NCBI GenBank assembly: GCA_032161105.1
Contig: JAVHTD010000025.1
Length of the DNA: 43,702 bases
Strand: one strand, 5' to 3'
Source: Candidatus Thermosaccharophagus tengchongensis
GTDB lineage: Bacteria > Armatimonadota > Fervidibacteria > Fervidibacterales > Thermosaccharophagaceae
This document shows positions 10,275 through 20,340 of the stretch, piece after piece (position 1 is the stretch's first letter; the number at the start of each line of letters is the position of its first letter). Below the pieces are notes generated by a model. That model saw nothing but the letters and a program-made list of their open reading frames with translations, was not told the origin of the DNA and did not search any database. The translations under genes were made by a program, and so were the position numbers.

Positions 10275-11112
10275 TTGGCACTACACCCCCAAAGCGCCTT
10301 TCCCTCGCCTGATAGGAGATGATGGCGATGTAAAGGTGCTTCTTTGTGAAGTCAGGCCAATAAACTGGAGCGATGAATAACTCGGTGTAGGCGAGTTGCC
10401 ACAAAAGGAAGTTGCTTATCCTTTGCTCGCCTGCTGTGCGGATCAGCAAATCTGGGTCAGGCATGCCGTCGGTGAAAAGGTAGCTTTGGAAAGTCGCCTC
10501 GTCAATTTCATCCGGCTCAATCTTCTCATCAGCGACATCCTTGGCGATGTGCCTCACCGCGCTCAATATCTCTTGTCTCCCACCGTAGTTAATTGCGAGG
10601 TTCAAAATCATGCGTTCATTGCCTCTTGTAAGCGTGACCGCATCGTCAAGTTCTCCCAGAAGCGAACTTGGCAATCCATCCCTTAGCCCGATGTGGCGTA
10701 TTTGGATGCCATTGCGGTGTAACTCATACTTCTCCTTGCGCAGCGTCATTTCAATCAGATGCATTAAGCCCTTCACTTCCGGCATCGGGCGTTGCCAGTT
10801 CTCGGTTGAGAAGGCATAGAGGGTGAGTATTGGAATTCCAAGTTCAACACAGGCTTCAACGACACGCCTTGTGGCTTTCGCTCCAGCCCTGTGCCCGTTG
10901 AGTATGGCTATGTTCCTCTCCTTCGCCCAACGCCTGTTGCCATCCATTATAATCGCGATATGCCTCGGCAGCCTCTCACGATCAATCAGGTTTAGGCATT
11001 CCTCTTCACTCAGCCTGTCATACATGCTTATGAGCTCACCTGCGCACATCTGTCTGGCTTGATTCCTTGGCACCATCGCTGTTGCCTCCGATGCGCTTAT
11101 ATGGTTGCACAT
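10249..11112 (-). CDS. uppS: undecaprenyl diphosphate synthase (true start probably about 11049 or later)
   Basis: PRHIAIIMDGNRRWA, LYAFSTENWQRP, NYGGRQEI, PDPDLLIRTAGEQRISNFLLWQ. Confidence 0.97.
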   Translation of the reverse strand: MCNHISASEATAMVPRNQARQMCAGELISMYDRLSEEECLNLIDRERLPRHIAIIMDGNRRWAKERNIAILNGHRAGAKATRRVVEACVELGIPILTLYAFSTENWQRPMPEVKGLMHLIEMTLRKEKYELHRNGIQIRHIGLRDGLPSSLLGELDDAVTLTRGNERMILNLAINYGGRQEILSAVRHIAKDVADEKIEPDEIDEATFQSYLFTDGMPDPDLLIRTAGEQRISNFLLWQLAYTELFIAPVYWPDFTKKHLYIAIISYQARERRFGGVVPIDAKNRVK

Positions 11113-11344
11113 GCGCTTCCGCTGAAACGATGAGCTTTATTTTGTCGCCATCAATCCTTTGGGCTATTACGCGAATGACATCCGTTTTTCCTTTGCCTCT
11201 CGTCGCAAGCCGCTTGCCCTTGTGAGGGTGATTTGGCGGCTCAGTTCGCACGAGCTCAATCTCTTTAGCCCCGGCGCTGCGAAGCGCTTCCAGTGCTTCT
11301 TCAACCGTTAGCCCAATCGTGTCCGGAAGGAACCCCTCATTCAC
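11036..11344 (-). CDS. small PASTA-like domain protein
   Basis: LPDTIGLTVEEALEALRSAG...RVIAQ...IKLIVS resembles a single PASTA domain. Confidence 0.6.
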   Translation of the reverse strand: MNEGFLPDTIGLTVEEALEALRSAGAKEIELVRTEPPNHPHKGKRLATRGKGKTDVIRVIAQRIDGDKIKLIVSAEAHVQPYKRIGGNSDGAKESSQTDVRR

Positions 11345-11489
11345 TTTCGCTCACCCATACATCGTCCAACGGCACTTCTCTCAGAGCATTGAAATTGAAT
11401 GACATCACCTTTTCATTCAAGTTCAGCAGCAGTCCGCCCTAACGAAATTTGGTTCAGCCCGATTGGATGCACCCCATCCGGTGCGAAGC

Positions 11490-12065
11490 CTACTCCTCAA
11501 GTATCTCTTGCTCCTTGGCTTTCCGCAGCGCCTCAATTTCATCAATGTGCCTTGAAGCCAGCTTGTCAAGTTCGTCCCTCGCCCTCCTCACCTCATCCTC
11601 CGAGATGTTTTGTTCCCTCTCAAGCTTGCGCAAATCCTCAAGGACATCCCTCCTCACATTCCTGACTGCGACCTTGCCCTCCTCGGCACGCTTGTTTGCG
11701 AGCCTTACAAGCTCGCGCCTTCGCTCCTCTGTAAGCGGCGGTATTGGCACCTTAATGACATTGCCATCAGTTGTCGGGGTTAACCCGATTCCGGAGCTCA
11801 CGATGGCTTTCTGTATTGAGTCAATGATGCTCTTGTCCCAGGGGTCTATCACGAGCAGTCTGGGTTCGGGCGCTGTTATCGTCGCAAGCTGCTTGAGTTG
11901 GTATACCGTGCCGTAGTATTCAACCCGTATGTGGTCAAGCAACGCTGGCGATGCTCTTCCCGTGCGCAGCATTGAGAGGTCGTGTGCGGTTGCCTCAACC
12001 GACTTCTTCATCCTCTGCTCGGCATCGCTCAATAGCGCTTTGATTGCCTCATGCATCCTCACCAC
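11490..12065 (-). CDS. frr: ribosome recycling factor
   Basis: LRTGRASPALLD, YYGT, PPLTEERRRELV, VRNVRRD. Confidence 0.97.
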   Translation of the reverse strand: MVRMHEAIKALLSDAEQRMKKSVEATAHDLSMLRTGRASPALLDHIRVEYYGTVYQLKQLATITAPEPRLLVIDPWDKSIIDSIQKAIVSSGIGLTPTTDGNVIKVPIPPLTEERRRELVRLANKRAEEGKVAVRNVRRDVLEDLRKLEREQNISEDEVRRARDELDKLASRHIDEIEALRKAKEQEILEE

Positions 12066-12124
12066 CTCAACTGACCAGTTTGGTTGCAGTTGGCTCGCGC
12101 ATTGCCTGCCTCATCTGCGTCAGC

Positions 12125-12868
12125 TCATGAGTGCACTATCGTCCCGACGGGTTCGCCAAGAATGACACGCTTCAAGTTGCCGGGGATACAGATGTTGAAG
12201 ACTATGATCGGTATGTTGGCATCGTGGCACAACGATATCGCCGCGGCATCCAGCACCTTAACACCGAGCTTTAAAGCTTCAATGTGCGTTATCTCATCAA
12301 ACCTATGCGCACTCGGATCCTCGTGCGGGTCCCTCTCGTATACGCCATCAACATCGGTCCCCTTAAGCACAACTTCAGCACCTATCTGCAGCGCCCTAAG
12401 TGATGCAGCTGTGTCTGTGGTGAAGAATGGGTTTCCAGTCCCAGCCGCAAATATCACAATCCTTCCAAGCTCAAGGTGCCTCAGTGCCCTTCGCTGTATA
12501 TACGGCTCTGCCACATCCCTCATTTCAAACGCCGTCATAACCCTCGTCTCTGCACCGAGGTTCTCAATGGCATCCTGAAGGGCGAGGGCGTTTATGACCG
12601 TCGCAAGCATCCCAATGTAATCTCCCGTCACCCGCTTTATTGCATACCTTGCTGCATCCTTCAATCCTCGGAATATGTTTCCGCCGCCAACAACTATACC
12701 CATCTCAACGCCCATACTGTGCAGCTCCATTATCTCACTGGCTATGCGCTGCAGCACATCTGGGTCAATGCCAAACCCCTTTGCGCCAGCAAGCACCTCA
12801 CCGCTCAACTTCAATAGCACCCTCTTGTATTTCGGTTGCTGCATCATATCATCGCCCATCATTCTCAC
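12125..12868 (-). CDS. pyrH: UMP kinase
   Basis: [43 protein letters not shown]. Confidence 0.98.
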   Translation of the reverse strand: MRMMGDDMMQQPKYKRVLLKLSGEVLAGAKGFGIDPDVLQRIASEIMELHSMGVEMGIVVGGGNIFRGLKDAARYAIKRVTGDYIGMLATVINALALQDAIENLGAETRVMTAFEMRDVAEPYIQRRALRHLELGRIVIFAAGTGNPFFTTDTAASLRALQIGAEVVLKGTDVDGVYERDPHEDPSAHRFDEITHIEALKLGVKVLDAAAISLCHDANIPIIVFNICIPGNLKRVILGEPVGTIVHS

Positions 12869-12898
12869 CCTTTGTAAAGCGGTTGCGTCCCATGCGGC

Positions 12899-13501
12899 TC
12901 ACTGTCCGACTGCAAACCTCGCAAACCTCCTAACGACGATGTTTTCGCCGAGGCGAGCAATCATCTCTTTGATCAACTCGCCAACCGTGCGTGTCTCATC
13001 CCTTATGTAAGGCTGCTCAAGCAGGCACACCTCTTGTATGAAGTTTTCAAGGCGTTCATTCACGACCTCTTCAACCATGTCTTCCGGTATGCCCTCTGCT
13101 ATGGCGTGTATCCTGTATGCCCTCTTTTGGCTCTCTATCACCTCCTCAGGTATGTCCTGGCGTGAGGTGTATTTTGGATCCATAGCTGCAACTTGCATCG
13201 CCAGCTCATACGCCAGACGCTTGAATTCATCCGTGCGCGCCACGAAATCGGATTCGCAATTCAATTCAACCATTGCCCCTATTCTCCCGCCAGTGTGGAT
13301 GTAGCTTGCGACGACACCCTCCGTTGTCGCCCTCCCGGAACGCTTCTCGGCTTTTGCCAATCCCTCAGCACGCAATATCTCCATCGCCCTCTCAAAATCG
13401 CCATTTGCCATCTCAAGTGCTCGCTTGCAATCCATCACGCCAGCCCCGGTTAACTCGCGCAGCTTCTTCACCTCTTCAACGCTCACCTTCATTGAACCCA
13501 T
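12899..13501 (-). CDS. tsf: elongation factor Ts (short form)
   Basis: VKKLRELTGAGVMDCKRAL, ELNCESDFVAR, GENIVVRRFARF. Confidence 0.97.
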   Translation of the reverse strand: MGSMKVSVEEVKKLRELTGAGVMDCKRALEMANGDFERAMEILRAEGLAKAEKRSGRATTEGVVASYIHTGGRIGAMVELNCESDFVARTDEFKRLAYELAMQVAAMDPKYTSRQDIPEEVIESQKRAYRIHAIAEGIPEDMVEEVVNERLENFIQEVCLLEQPYIRDETRTVGELIKEMIARLGENIVVRRFARFAVGQ

Positions 13502-13694
13502 CCCCCTTTCGTCGCATGATATGCAGTTACATCCGGTGACCGTTCCAGATCACACTCGTTGAGAAGACGCAGCTGCTGAGCCGCTTAAGCGGTGTAGGAT
13601 CGCCATAAGGTATGCTCTTTCCTCGGCTCAAAAAGTTTTTGAGAGCGGTTGAGCAAAAGCCACCGTTGGTTGAGAGTTCAATTTGAGCCGCAGC

Positions 13695-14606
13695 TCACAT
13701 ATCGTCGCTTTCGTCAGCTTGCCCATACAGCTCAGCATCAGCCTCTTCAAGCCCGTATGTTGCTTCCCAATGCTCATCTTCAACGCTTTGCGCGCCTGCA
13801 GATACGCTCGCTTGTTCTTCCTCTCCCTTTGGCTGGATCATTTCAACCTCTGGCTGCGGTGAGGCTGCAGCTTGAGCCACTTCCTCCGGTTGCAAACCAG
13901 CCATCTCGGCAAGCATTGCCTCCCTGAGTTTGCGTCCCTCATTAACTGCTTCGGCGATCTTCATTGTGATGAGGCGCAGCGAGCGTATGGCGTCATCGTT
14001 CCCCGGTATCGGGTAATCAACAACCTCTGGATCGCAGTTTGTGTCCACTATCGCCACTATGGGTATTCCGAGCTTGTTCGCTTCCTTAACGGCTATGTGC
14101 TCGCGCCTTATGTCCACGATGTAGAGCAGGTCCGGGAGGCGGTCCATGCCCTCAATCCCGCTGAGGAACCTCTCAAGCTTTGCCTTCTCTTCAAGCAGGC
14201 GTTTGTTTTCCTTCTTTGGCAGCATGTCAAGGATGCCGCTTTCCTCCATGCTGCGGAGTTGCTTCAGCCGTTCAACCCTCGTCCTTATCGTTTCAAAGTT
14301 TGTGAGCATACCTCCAACCCATCTTTGGCTCACATAAAACATGCCACAGCTCTTGGCAGCCTCCTCAATTATCTCCTGCGCCTGCCTCTTCGTTCCGACG
14401 AACAGCACTGTCGCACCTTGAGCCACTTTCTCCTTGACGAAGTTGTATGCCGCTTCAAGGCAGCGCAGTGTCTTCCTCAAGTCCACGATGTGAATGCCGT
14501 TGCGCTCCTCGTAGATGTATTGGCGCATCTTTGGATTCCAACGCCTCGTCAGGTGACCAAAGTGCACGCCGGCTTCAAGCAGCTCTCGCATTGTTACAAT
14601 GCTCAA
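13695..14606 (-). CDS. rpsB: 30S ribosomal protein S2
   Basis: [10 protein letters not shown]...WNPKM, VGTKRQA, DTNCDP...[10 protein letters not shown]; acidic C-terminal tail. Confidence 0.98.
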   Translation of the reverse strand: MSIVTMRELLEAGVHFGHLTRRWNPKMRQYIYEERNGIHIVDLRKTLRCLEAAYNFVKEKVAQGATVLFVGTKRQAQEIIEEAAKSCGMFYVSQRWVGGMLTNFETIRTRVERLKQLRSMEESGILDMLPKKENKRLLEEKAKLERFLSGIEGMDRLPDLLYIVDIRREHIAVKEANKLGIPIVAIVDTNCDPEVVDYPIPGNDDAIRSLRLITMKIAEAVNEGRKLREAMLAEMAGLQPEEVAQAAASPQPEVEMIQPKGEEEQASVSAGAQSVEDEHWEATYGLEEADAELYGQADESDDM

Positions 14607-14970
14607 CTTTCAATCCCCCCTTGTGGCATCGTGTTGACTTGGAAGGCGCGTCAAACAAAGCGTCAAATTTTTGCCCCACACTTTCACCCGCCTTGGCATG
14701 ACATCATTTCAAATCTTGTCCATCACTTGCAACCTGCTCACTTGCCCCTTTGGCATCTAATGCCGTATGCTCAGAGCGCCGTTAGAGGTTCTGGGAGTTT
14801 GAACTCCCGCCTTCCCATCACAGCTGCGGGTGATGAGTTAACTCATCCTCATGCCCATGAAAAGTTCAAAGCCATAGTTTAGCACGCCATCTTCATACAG
14901 TCACAATTTAGCCCCTCTGGGAGTGACCTGCCACAGGGCTGCAGATTGCTCTTTGCTTGAGAGAACTTTG

Positions 14971-15213
14971 TCACGCTGTCTCCGATGGCTTCTCAATGGC
15001 ATCCTCAACGGTCTCTGGTTCCTGTCTTCCAGTGCGTATCACATACTCAATGTCCCGTATTGGTGTCACCCTTCCGGAGATGAGGCAGTGAAAGAGGTAT
15101 TGTCCGGACTCATTCCAAGGCGTATGCGGCAGGATTATTCTCGTGAGCCTCTTCTTACAGCAGTTGCACATGGGGCGCAGCTTCATGATCTCCTCATCGG
15201 GAAGCGATGGCAT
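14971..15213 (-). CDS. small hypothetical protein with Cys/His cluster
   Basis: 80-aa ORF with a GGGTGA RBS-like sequence; CNCC and HC residues; directly downstream of the SRP RNA. Confidence 0.6.
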   Translation of the reverse strand: MPSLPDEEIMKLRPMCNCCKKRLTRIILPHTPWNESGQYLFHCLISGRVTPIRDIEYVIRTGRQEPETVEDAIEKPSETA

Positions 15214-15267
15214 GAGTGATCACCCCTTGGGTGCAATTACGCCATCCGACCATTCATGCGTGAATAA

Positions 15268-15543
15268 GCCCAGCCACGCACCTGCCGTTGACAGTTGCCC
15301 ACGGGCGTAACTGCAAATGCCAACTCCAGCCAGGCTACCCTGCGGCACACGACATTGGGTGCTTACCCTTGCTTCCTTCCGGACCTGGGGGATTCACACC
15401 TTATCGTCGCACAGGACCCAGCCTTCAACGCTGGCAATCTGCAGTCCGTCCCCACAGGCAAAAGCCTCGGGCAGGAATTCAGCCCCGCTATAGCCGATTG
15501 CGGGTTCAGGGCACGGCTAGCTCCCCGCCTAGCGTGGCTGGGC
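15268..15543 (-). ncRNA. ffs: large (Alu-domain) bacterial SRP RNA
   Basis: Minus strand has the helix-8 motif CAGGTCCGGAAGGAAGCA, a Bacillus-scRNA-like 5' Alu part (GCTAGGCGGGGAGCTAGCCGTGCCCTGAACCCGCAATC), and a 12-bp terminal stem GCCCAGCCACGC/GCGTGGCTGGGC. Confidence 0.95.
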
Positions 15544-15589
15544 ATCTATCCCTTCTCAAACTGCCTACCTTTGTTGTATGGCATATCTT

Positions 15590-15618
15590 ATTGTGCCTGC
15601 GTCTATGAGCATTGTCAA
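15590..15618 (-). promoter_or_regulatory. sigma70-type promoter for ffs
   Basis: TTGACA-N17-CACAAT about 45 nt upstream of the SRP RNA. Confidence 0.6.
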
Positions 15619-15713
15619 ATGCTGTTTTGAGGCGCAATGGTGATGTCCAATTCGTGCCGCAAATAATTAGCTTGTGACAAAATTGCAATTGGCTCATAGG
15701 ATAGCAACGAAGG

Positions 15714-17189
15714 GTGAAAGCTATGCCGAAGCGCCGCTCAAGATTCGTGTGTCAAGAATGCGGTTTCCAAAGCGAGCAATGGCTCGGAAGGTGTCCCGAA
15801 TGCTCTTCATTCAATTCGCTCGTTGAGGAGTTGGTGGAGGGTATTCCCGAGGAGCGCAAGTTAACTGCCGTGCCACGCCAAGGAGCGGAGCCGTTAAGCG
15901 CCATTGCTGCAAAGGAGTTCAGCCGCCAGCCGAGTGGAATTGATGAAGTTGACAGGGTGCTCGGCGGTGGCATTGTTAGGGGTAGCACTGTTCTTCTTGG
16001 CGGTGAACCCGGCATCGGGAAGTCAACGCTCATGCTGCAGCTGCTCAATTCATTCGTGAGCGCTCAAAGAGGCAGGGTGGCATTGTATGTAGCTGCCGAG
16101 GAGTCCGTTGAGCAGATTGCGATGCGCGCAAATAGGCTCAAAGCTGCATCCCCATCAATAATGGTTCTCTCGGATACCGATGTGACATTTGTGTGCGAGG
16201 AAATTGAGCGCCTTACGCCTTCAATTGTCGCTGTTGATTCAATCCAGGCAATGTCCCATCCAGACCTTGTATCAGCTGCCGGGAGTGTTAGCCAGATAAG
16301 GGAATGCGCATCGGAGCTTGTTCGCACTGCAAAGGCAACCGGCACATCAATCTTCATGGTCGGACATGTTACAAAGGAGGGAGTGATAGCCGGTCCGAGG
16401 GTTCTTGAGCATATGGTTGACACCGTGCTCTACATGGAGGGCGATCAGCATTATGTGCTGCGCATCCTGCGCGTGACAAAGAACAGGTTTGGTCCGGTTG
16501 GTGAGGTTGGGCTATTCAGGATGGCTGAAAGCGGTTTGGAGCCGGTTGCGGATCCGTCCGAGTATCTGCTTTCAAACATTGAGGTGTCGGGAAGCATAGC
16601 TGCAGCAGTCATTGAAGGTAAGCGTCCGCTCGTGCTTGAGGTGCAGGCGCTTGTTGCCCCGACATACTTCGGGACGCCAAGAAGGCTTGTAACTGGGATG
16701 GATTACAATAGGGCTTGCATGCTCATAGCTGCTCTTGAGAGGCGTGTCGGTGTTCGCCTCGGTGATCAAGATGTTTACATCAATGTTGCCGGCGGGATAA
16801 GGGTGTCGGAGCCGGCGCTTGATCTGCCGGCAGCTTTGGCGATCGCATCAAGCCGATACGATGTGGTGATACCAAAAGGTGTAGCAGCGTTTGGCGAGAT
16901 AGGTCTTGGAGGTGAGGTCCGCCCCGTTCACCTCCCCGAAAGGAGATTGCTTGAGTTGGCGAGGCTCGGCTTCAAGGTCTGTTTTGGTCCGCCTTACTCG
17001 GGATTGGAGCGCATGAAGGGAGAATTGAAGGGGTTAAAGTATATCGCTGTGCATCAACTTGGAGAGGCAACTTCAAAGTTGCTCGGCTTAGATTCATCGG
17101 GCGAAGGACGCCCACGAAGGCATAAGGGAGATGCGCACTCCAAGCATGGAGGTGAGGGCTCAACCAGTGACACAGGTGCCGAGTTTTAA
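15714..17189 (+). CDS. radA: DNA repair protein RadA/Sms
   Basis: CQECG...GRCPEC zinc finger, GGEPGIGKST, GPRVLEHMVD, KNRFG, GEIGLGGEVR. Confidence 0.97.
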   Translation: MKAMPKRRSRFVCQECGFQSEQWLGRCPECSSFNSLVEELVEGIPEERKLTAVPRQGAEPLSAIAAKEFSRQPSGIDEVDRVLGGGIVRGSTVLLGGEPGIGKSTLMLQLLNSFVSAQRGRVALYVAAEESVEQIAMRANRLKAASPSIMVLSDTDVTFVCEEIERLTPSIVAVDSIQAMSHPDLVSAAGSVSQIRECASELVRTAKATGTSIFMVGHVTKEGVIAGPRVLEHMVDTVLYMEGDQHYVLRILRVTKNRFGPVGEVGLFRMAESGLEPVADPSEYLLSNIEVSGSIAAAVIEGKRPLVLEVQALVAPTYFGTPRRLVTGMDYNRACMLIAALERRVGVRLGDQDVYINVAGGIRVSEPALDLPAALAIASSRYDVVIPKGVAAFGEIGLGGEVRPVHLPERRLLELARLGFKVCFGPPYSGLERMKGELKGLKYIAVHQLGEATSKLLGLDSSGEGRPRRHKGDAHSKHGGEGSTSDTGAEF

Positions 17190-17304
17190 CGGCTGGTTAA
17201 ACCGGTTGTGGTCAAGCGGGCATCAAATTAAGTGGCGCAAATGGTGCCAGCTTTATGAAGGCGCGTATTGCAGCGAGTCGCAAATCTATTGAGAGGGCAG
17301 GTGA

Positions 17305-18534
17305 ATGGATTTGAGACCACGCCTCCAAAGTGCCATGCAGCTGATATTGATTGGGTGTGCCGTTTTGCTTTTTGCTCTTTTGGGGAGACACTTGAGTGAC
17401 CTCTATGGTGGTCTGGTTCTAAACCGCATTGGTGTTACCGGGAGACTTGAAGTGGGCAGCCGGATTGGCATCATCATTATCATGGCATTGATTGGCTACC
17501 TCATTGGCAGCCCCTTGAGCGCCCGCGCCGCGGATGTGATAGCTCGTCTTGATAAGATACCACTCGCCGAAAAGGTTGCTGCTCTCTTCGGGATATTGCT
17601 CGGGCTTGTGCTTTCATACCTCATCCTTCTCCCGCCAATCACAGTCATGCGCGGCAAGCTTCCGATAGAGACGGTGCTGATCATCGTCGTGCTTGTGCTT
17701 GTGCCCACACTTTACATCTGCCTCCGCATAATGCTCGGCGTCAAGGAGGAACTTTCAAAGTTCTTTCCGAGGCTTATTCGCGCGCAAGTTCAAAGCGGCA
17801 GTGCCGAGGGCTATGGCGAAGGAAACACTTGCGATTTGCTTCGCCCAAAGGTGCTTGACACGAGCGTCATCATTGACGGGAGATTAAGCGGGATAATAGC
17901 GTCCGGCTTTCTTGAGGGGAGGCTTTTCGTGCCCGATTTTGTCCTTCAAGAGTTGCAGCGCATACGCGATTCTGGAGACCCGGTCAAGCGTGCAAGGGGC
18001 AGGAGAGGTTTGCGCATACTTGAGGAGTTGAAAAAGACATACCCGCATAGAATTGAGGTGGTGGAAAGATACAGCACGGCTGTGGAGCGCGGTCCGAGTG
18101 TGGATATGAAGCTTATCAAGCTTGCCGAAGAGATGGACGCAGCCATAATCACAAACGACGATGGCTTGCAGCGCATAGCTCGTCTTCACAGGGTTCCCGT
18201 GCTCAATGTGAATGTGCTTGCGGATGCGTTGAAGTTCGTTGTTCTCCCCGGAGAGGAGCTTGATGTTTACATCGTGCGTGAGGGAACACACCCAGGGCAA
18301 GGTGTCGGCTACTTAGATGATGGCACGATGGTGGTAGTTGAAAATGGCAGCAGGTATATTGGGAAGAGGGTTCGGACAACCGTTCGGAATGTGAGCCAGA
18401 CAGCCTCGGGCAGGATAATATTTGCCGAGTTCATGCGCGAGTTGAGCGAGGAAGAGGGTGACCTGTTCGGTGAAAGTGATAGCCGTAGTTCCCGCTGCAG
18501 GTCGGGCAAGCAGGATGTGCATGGGGAGAAATAA
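17305..18534 (+). CDS. membrane PIN/TRAM domain protein (YacL-like)
   Basis: N-terminal TM helices, KVLDTSVIIDGR, RARGRRGL, GQGVGYLDDGTMVVVE; radA-yacL-ispD order. Confidence 0.92.
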   Translation: MDLRPRLQSAMQLILIGCAVLLFALLGRHLSDLYGGLVLNRIGVTGRLEVGSRIGIIIIMALIGYLIGSPLSARAADVIARLDKIPLAEKVAALFGILLGLVLSYLILLPPITVMRGKLPIETVLIIVVLVLVPTLYICLRIMLGVKEELSKFFPRLIRAQVQSGSAEGYGEGNTCDLLRPKVLDTSVIIDGRLSGIIASGFLEGRLFVPDFVLQELQRIRDSGDPVKRARGRRGLRILEELKKTYPHRIEVVERYSTAVERGPSVDMKLIKLAEEMDAAIITNDDGLQRIARLHRVPVLNVNVLADALKFVVLPGEELDVYIVREGTHPGQGVGYLDDGTMVVVENGSRYIGKRVRTTVRNVSQTASGRIIFAEFMRELSEEEGDLFGESDSRSSRCRSGKQDVHGEK

Positions 18535-19234
18535 GGTATTGATTGAAGTTGCCGGTGAACCCGTGCTTTCATGGGCAATCAAAGCGATATGCTCAAGTGA
18601 GGTGGCGGATGAACTCATCGTCTGCGTTCGTGAAGGTGAAGAGGAGGAGGCATGGAGGATAGCATCAGTTCACTCCAGCAGGATGAAGATCTCGTTGGTT
18701 CACGGAGGCATTGAAAGGCAGGGGAGCGTCTATAATGCGCTGATGAAGATAGATGGCAAAGCCGATTATGTCTTGGTGCATGATGCAGCTCGTCCGCTGG
18801 CGACGCCTCATCTCGTGAAAAGCGTCCTAATGGCAGCGATTGAATTTGGGGCTGCCACAGCAGCAGTCCCATGCACCGATACGGTCAAGGAGGCAAGTGA
18901 AGACGGTTTTGTGAGGCGCACGCTGCCCCGTGAGAACCTTTACCTTGTCCAGACGCCACAGGCATTCCGTTACGAGATTTTGCTTCGGGCGCATGAGCAT
19001 GCTCGCAAGCTAAACTTGCAATGCACCGATGATGCGGCGCTCGTTGAAGCCATTGGCATAAGTGTAAAGCTCGTCATGGGCGAGTTGCACAACTTCAAGG
19101 TGACCGTTCCATCCGATTTGTTGCTTGTAGAGTCATTGCTCAGGGCGTTCATTGACCTGGGTGTTGCGCCAAAGTGCCCTTGCTTCAAAGCCACATTTAG
19201 CGCATCAAGAACTTCGGTGAGCGCTAAAGGGTGA
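18470..19234 (+). CDS. ispD: 2-C-methyl-D-erythritol 4-phosphate cytidylyltransferase
   Basis: VPAAGRASRM, GGIERQGSV, VLVHDAARP, VQTPQAF, TDDA, NFKVT. Confidence 0.95.
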   Translation: MKVIAVVPAAGRASRMCMGRNKVLIEVAGEPVLSWAIKAICSSEVADELIVCVREGEEEEAWRIASVHSSRMKISLVHGGIERQGSVYNALMKIDGKADYVLVHDAARPLATPHLVKSVLMAAIEFGAATAAVPCTDTVKEASEDGFVRRTLPRENLYLVQTPQAFRYEILLRAHEHARKLNLQCTDDAALVEAIGISVKLVMGELHNFKVTVPSDLLLVESLLRAFIDLGVAPKCPCFKATFSASRTSVSAKG

Positions 19235-19241
19235 AGCACAA

Positions 19242-19778
19242 ATGGATATGCGCGTCGGCTTGGGATACGATGCACATCCGCTCGTTCGCGGCAGACCGTT
19301 ATTCCTGTGCGGCATCCATGTGCCGTATGAGATGGGGCTGCATGGGCATTCCGATGGCGATGTGGCTTTGCATGCCATATGCGATGCTTTGCTTGGCGCA
19401 GCATCGCTTGGCGATATAGGAGAGTTGTTCCCGGACGATGACCCACAATACGCCGGCATATCAAGCTCGTTCCTCCTTGAGCGCACTGTTGAGCTCATAC
19501 GAGAAGCTGGCTATGAGCTAATTCAGGTTGATGTCATAATCGTTGCGGGCAAGCCGAAGTTAAGCCCATACAGAAATGCCATGAGGGAACACTTGGCTTC
19601 GGTGCTCAACTTGCCGGTGGCATCGGTGAGCGTAAAAGCCAAGACGACAAATGGTCTTGGTTTCGTCGGCAGGGGTGAGGGCATTGAGTCGTTTGCTGTG
19701 GCTTTGATTCGCAGAGCACGCCGATCGGCTTCAGGAGTCCAAACTCGGCGAGAGGGGGTAGCAGCAGATGAGCGTTAA
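19242..19778 (+). CDS. ispF: 2-C-methyl-D-erythritol 2,4-cyclodiphosphate synthase
   Basis: RVGLGYDAH, GHSDGDVALHAICDALLGA, GDIGELFPD, VKAKT..GLGFVGRGEGI. Confidence 0.97.
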   Translation: MDMRVGLGYDAHPLVRGRPLFLCGIHVPYEMGLHGHSDGDVALHAICDALLGAASLGDIGELFPDDDPQYAGISSSFLLERTVELIREAGYELIQVDVIIVAGKPKLSPYRNAMREHLASVLNLPVASVSVKAKTTNGLGFVGRGEGIESFAVALIRRARRSASGVQTRREGVAADER

Positions 19779-20340
19779 GGGGGATGAACCCTTTCCTGTA
19801 ACCATGATCGGCTTGAAGGTCAAGCTCACTCAGCAGTTTCGCGAGTCATGTGAGAGGAGGCTTCACAGCCTAAAGCGGGTCTTCAAGCACATTGAGAGCG
19901 GCACTGTAGCCATACGAAGTGAGCGTGGATTTCACATTGTTGAGATAACTTTGTTGGTCTCGGGTTTGAAGATGCGGAGCGAAGAGAGGGAGAGGAGCAT
20001 GCGAACGGCATTTGATCTGGCGTTTGATGCCATCAGGGAGCAGCTGCGCCGGTTCAAGGAAAAGCTATACGATAGGCATAGGCGTTCATCAGAAGCTGCT
20101 CCCGTTCAATCTGCAGGCGCTGGGCAAGCTGCTCGGAATCCGAAAGCAGGTCAATCTCGCTTGATTGAAGTGAAGCGCATCAAGCGATTTGAGTCAAAGC
20201 CAATGAGCGTAAGTGAGGCTGCGCTTCAGATGGAGCTTTTGGGGCATGACTTTTTCGCGTTCATCAATTCAGAGACGGAGCGCTTCAGCGTCCTATACCG
20301 CAGGAGGGATGGCAGCTACGGAATGATTGAACTTGTGTAA
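19768..20340 (+). CDS. hpf: long-form ribosome hibernation promoting factor
   Basis: RaiA-like N-terminal domain (QLRRFKEKL) and C-terminal KPMSVSEAALQMELLGHDFFAF...YRRRDGSYGMIE. Confidence 0.93.
   Translation: MSVKGDEPFPVTMIGLKVKLTQQFRESCERRLHSLKRVFKHIESGTVAIRSERGFHIVEITLLVSGLKMRSEERERSMRTAFDLAFDAIREQLRRFKEKLYDRHRRSSEAAPVQSAGAGQAARNPKAGQSRLIEVKRIKRFESKPMSVSEAALQMELLGHDFFAFINSETERFSVLYRRRDGSYGMIELV

Noticed and set aside
14785..14850. Functional tRNA gene
   Set aside because: No 7-bp acceptor stem, no U33, and only a 6-nt T-loop; kept only as a structured-RNA candidate.
13872..14882. 336-aa plus-strand ORF
   Set aside because: Antisense shadow of rpsB with no recognisable motifs.
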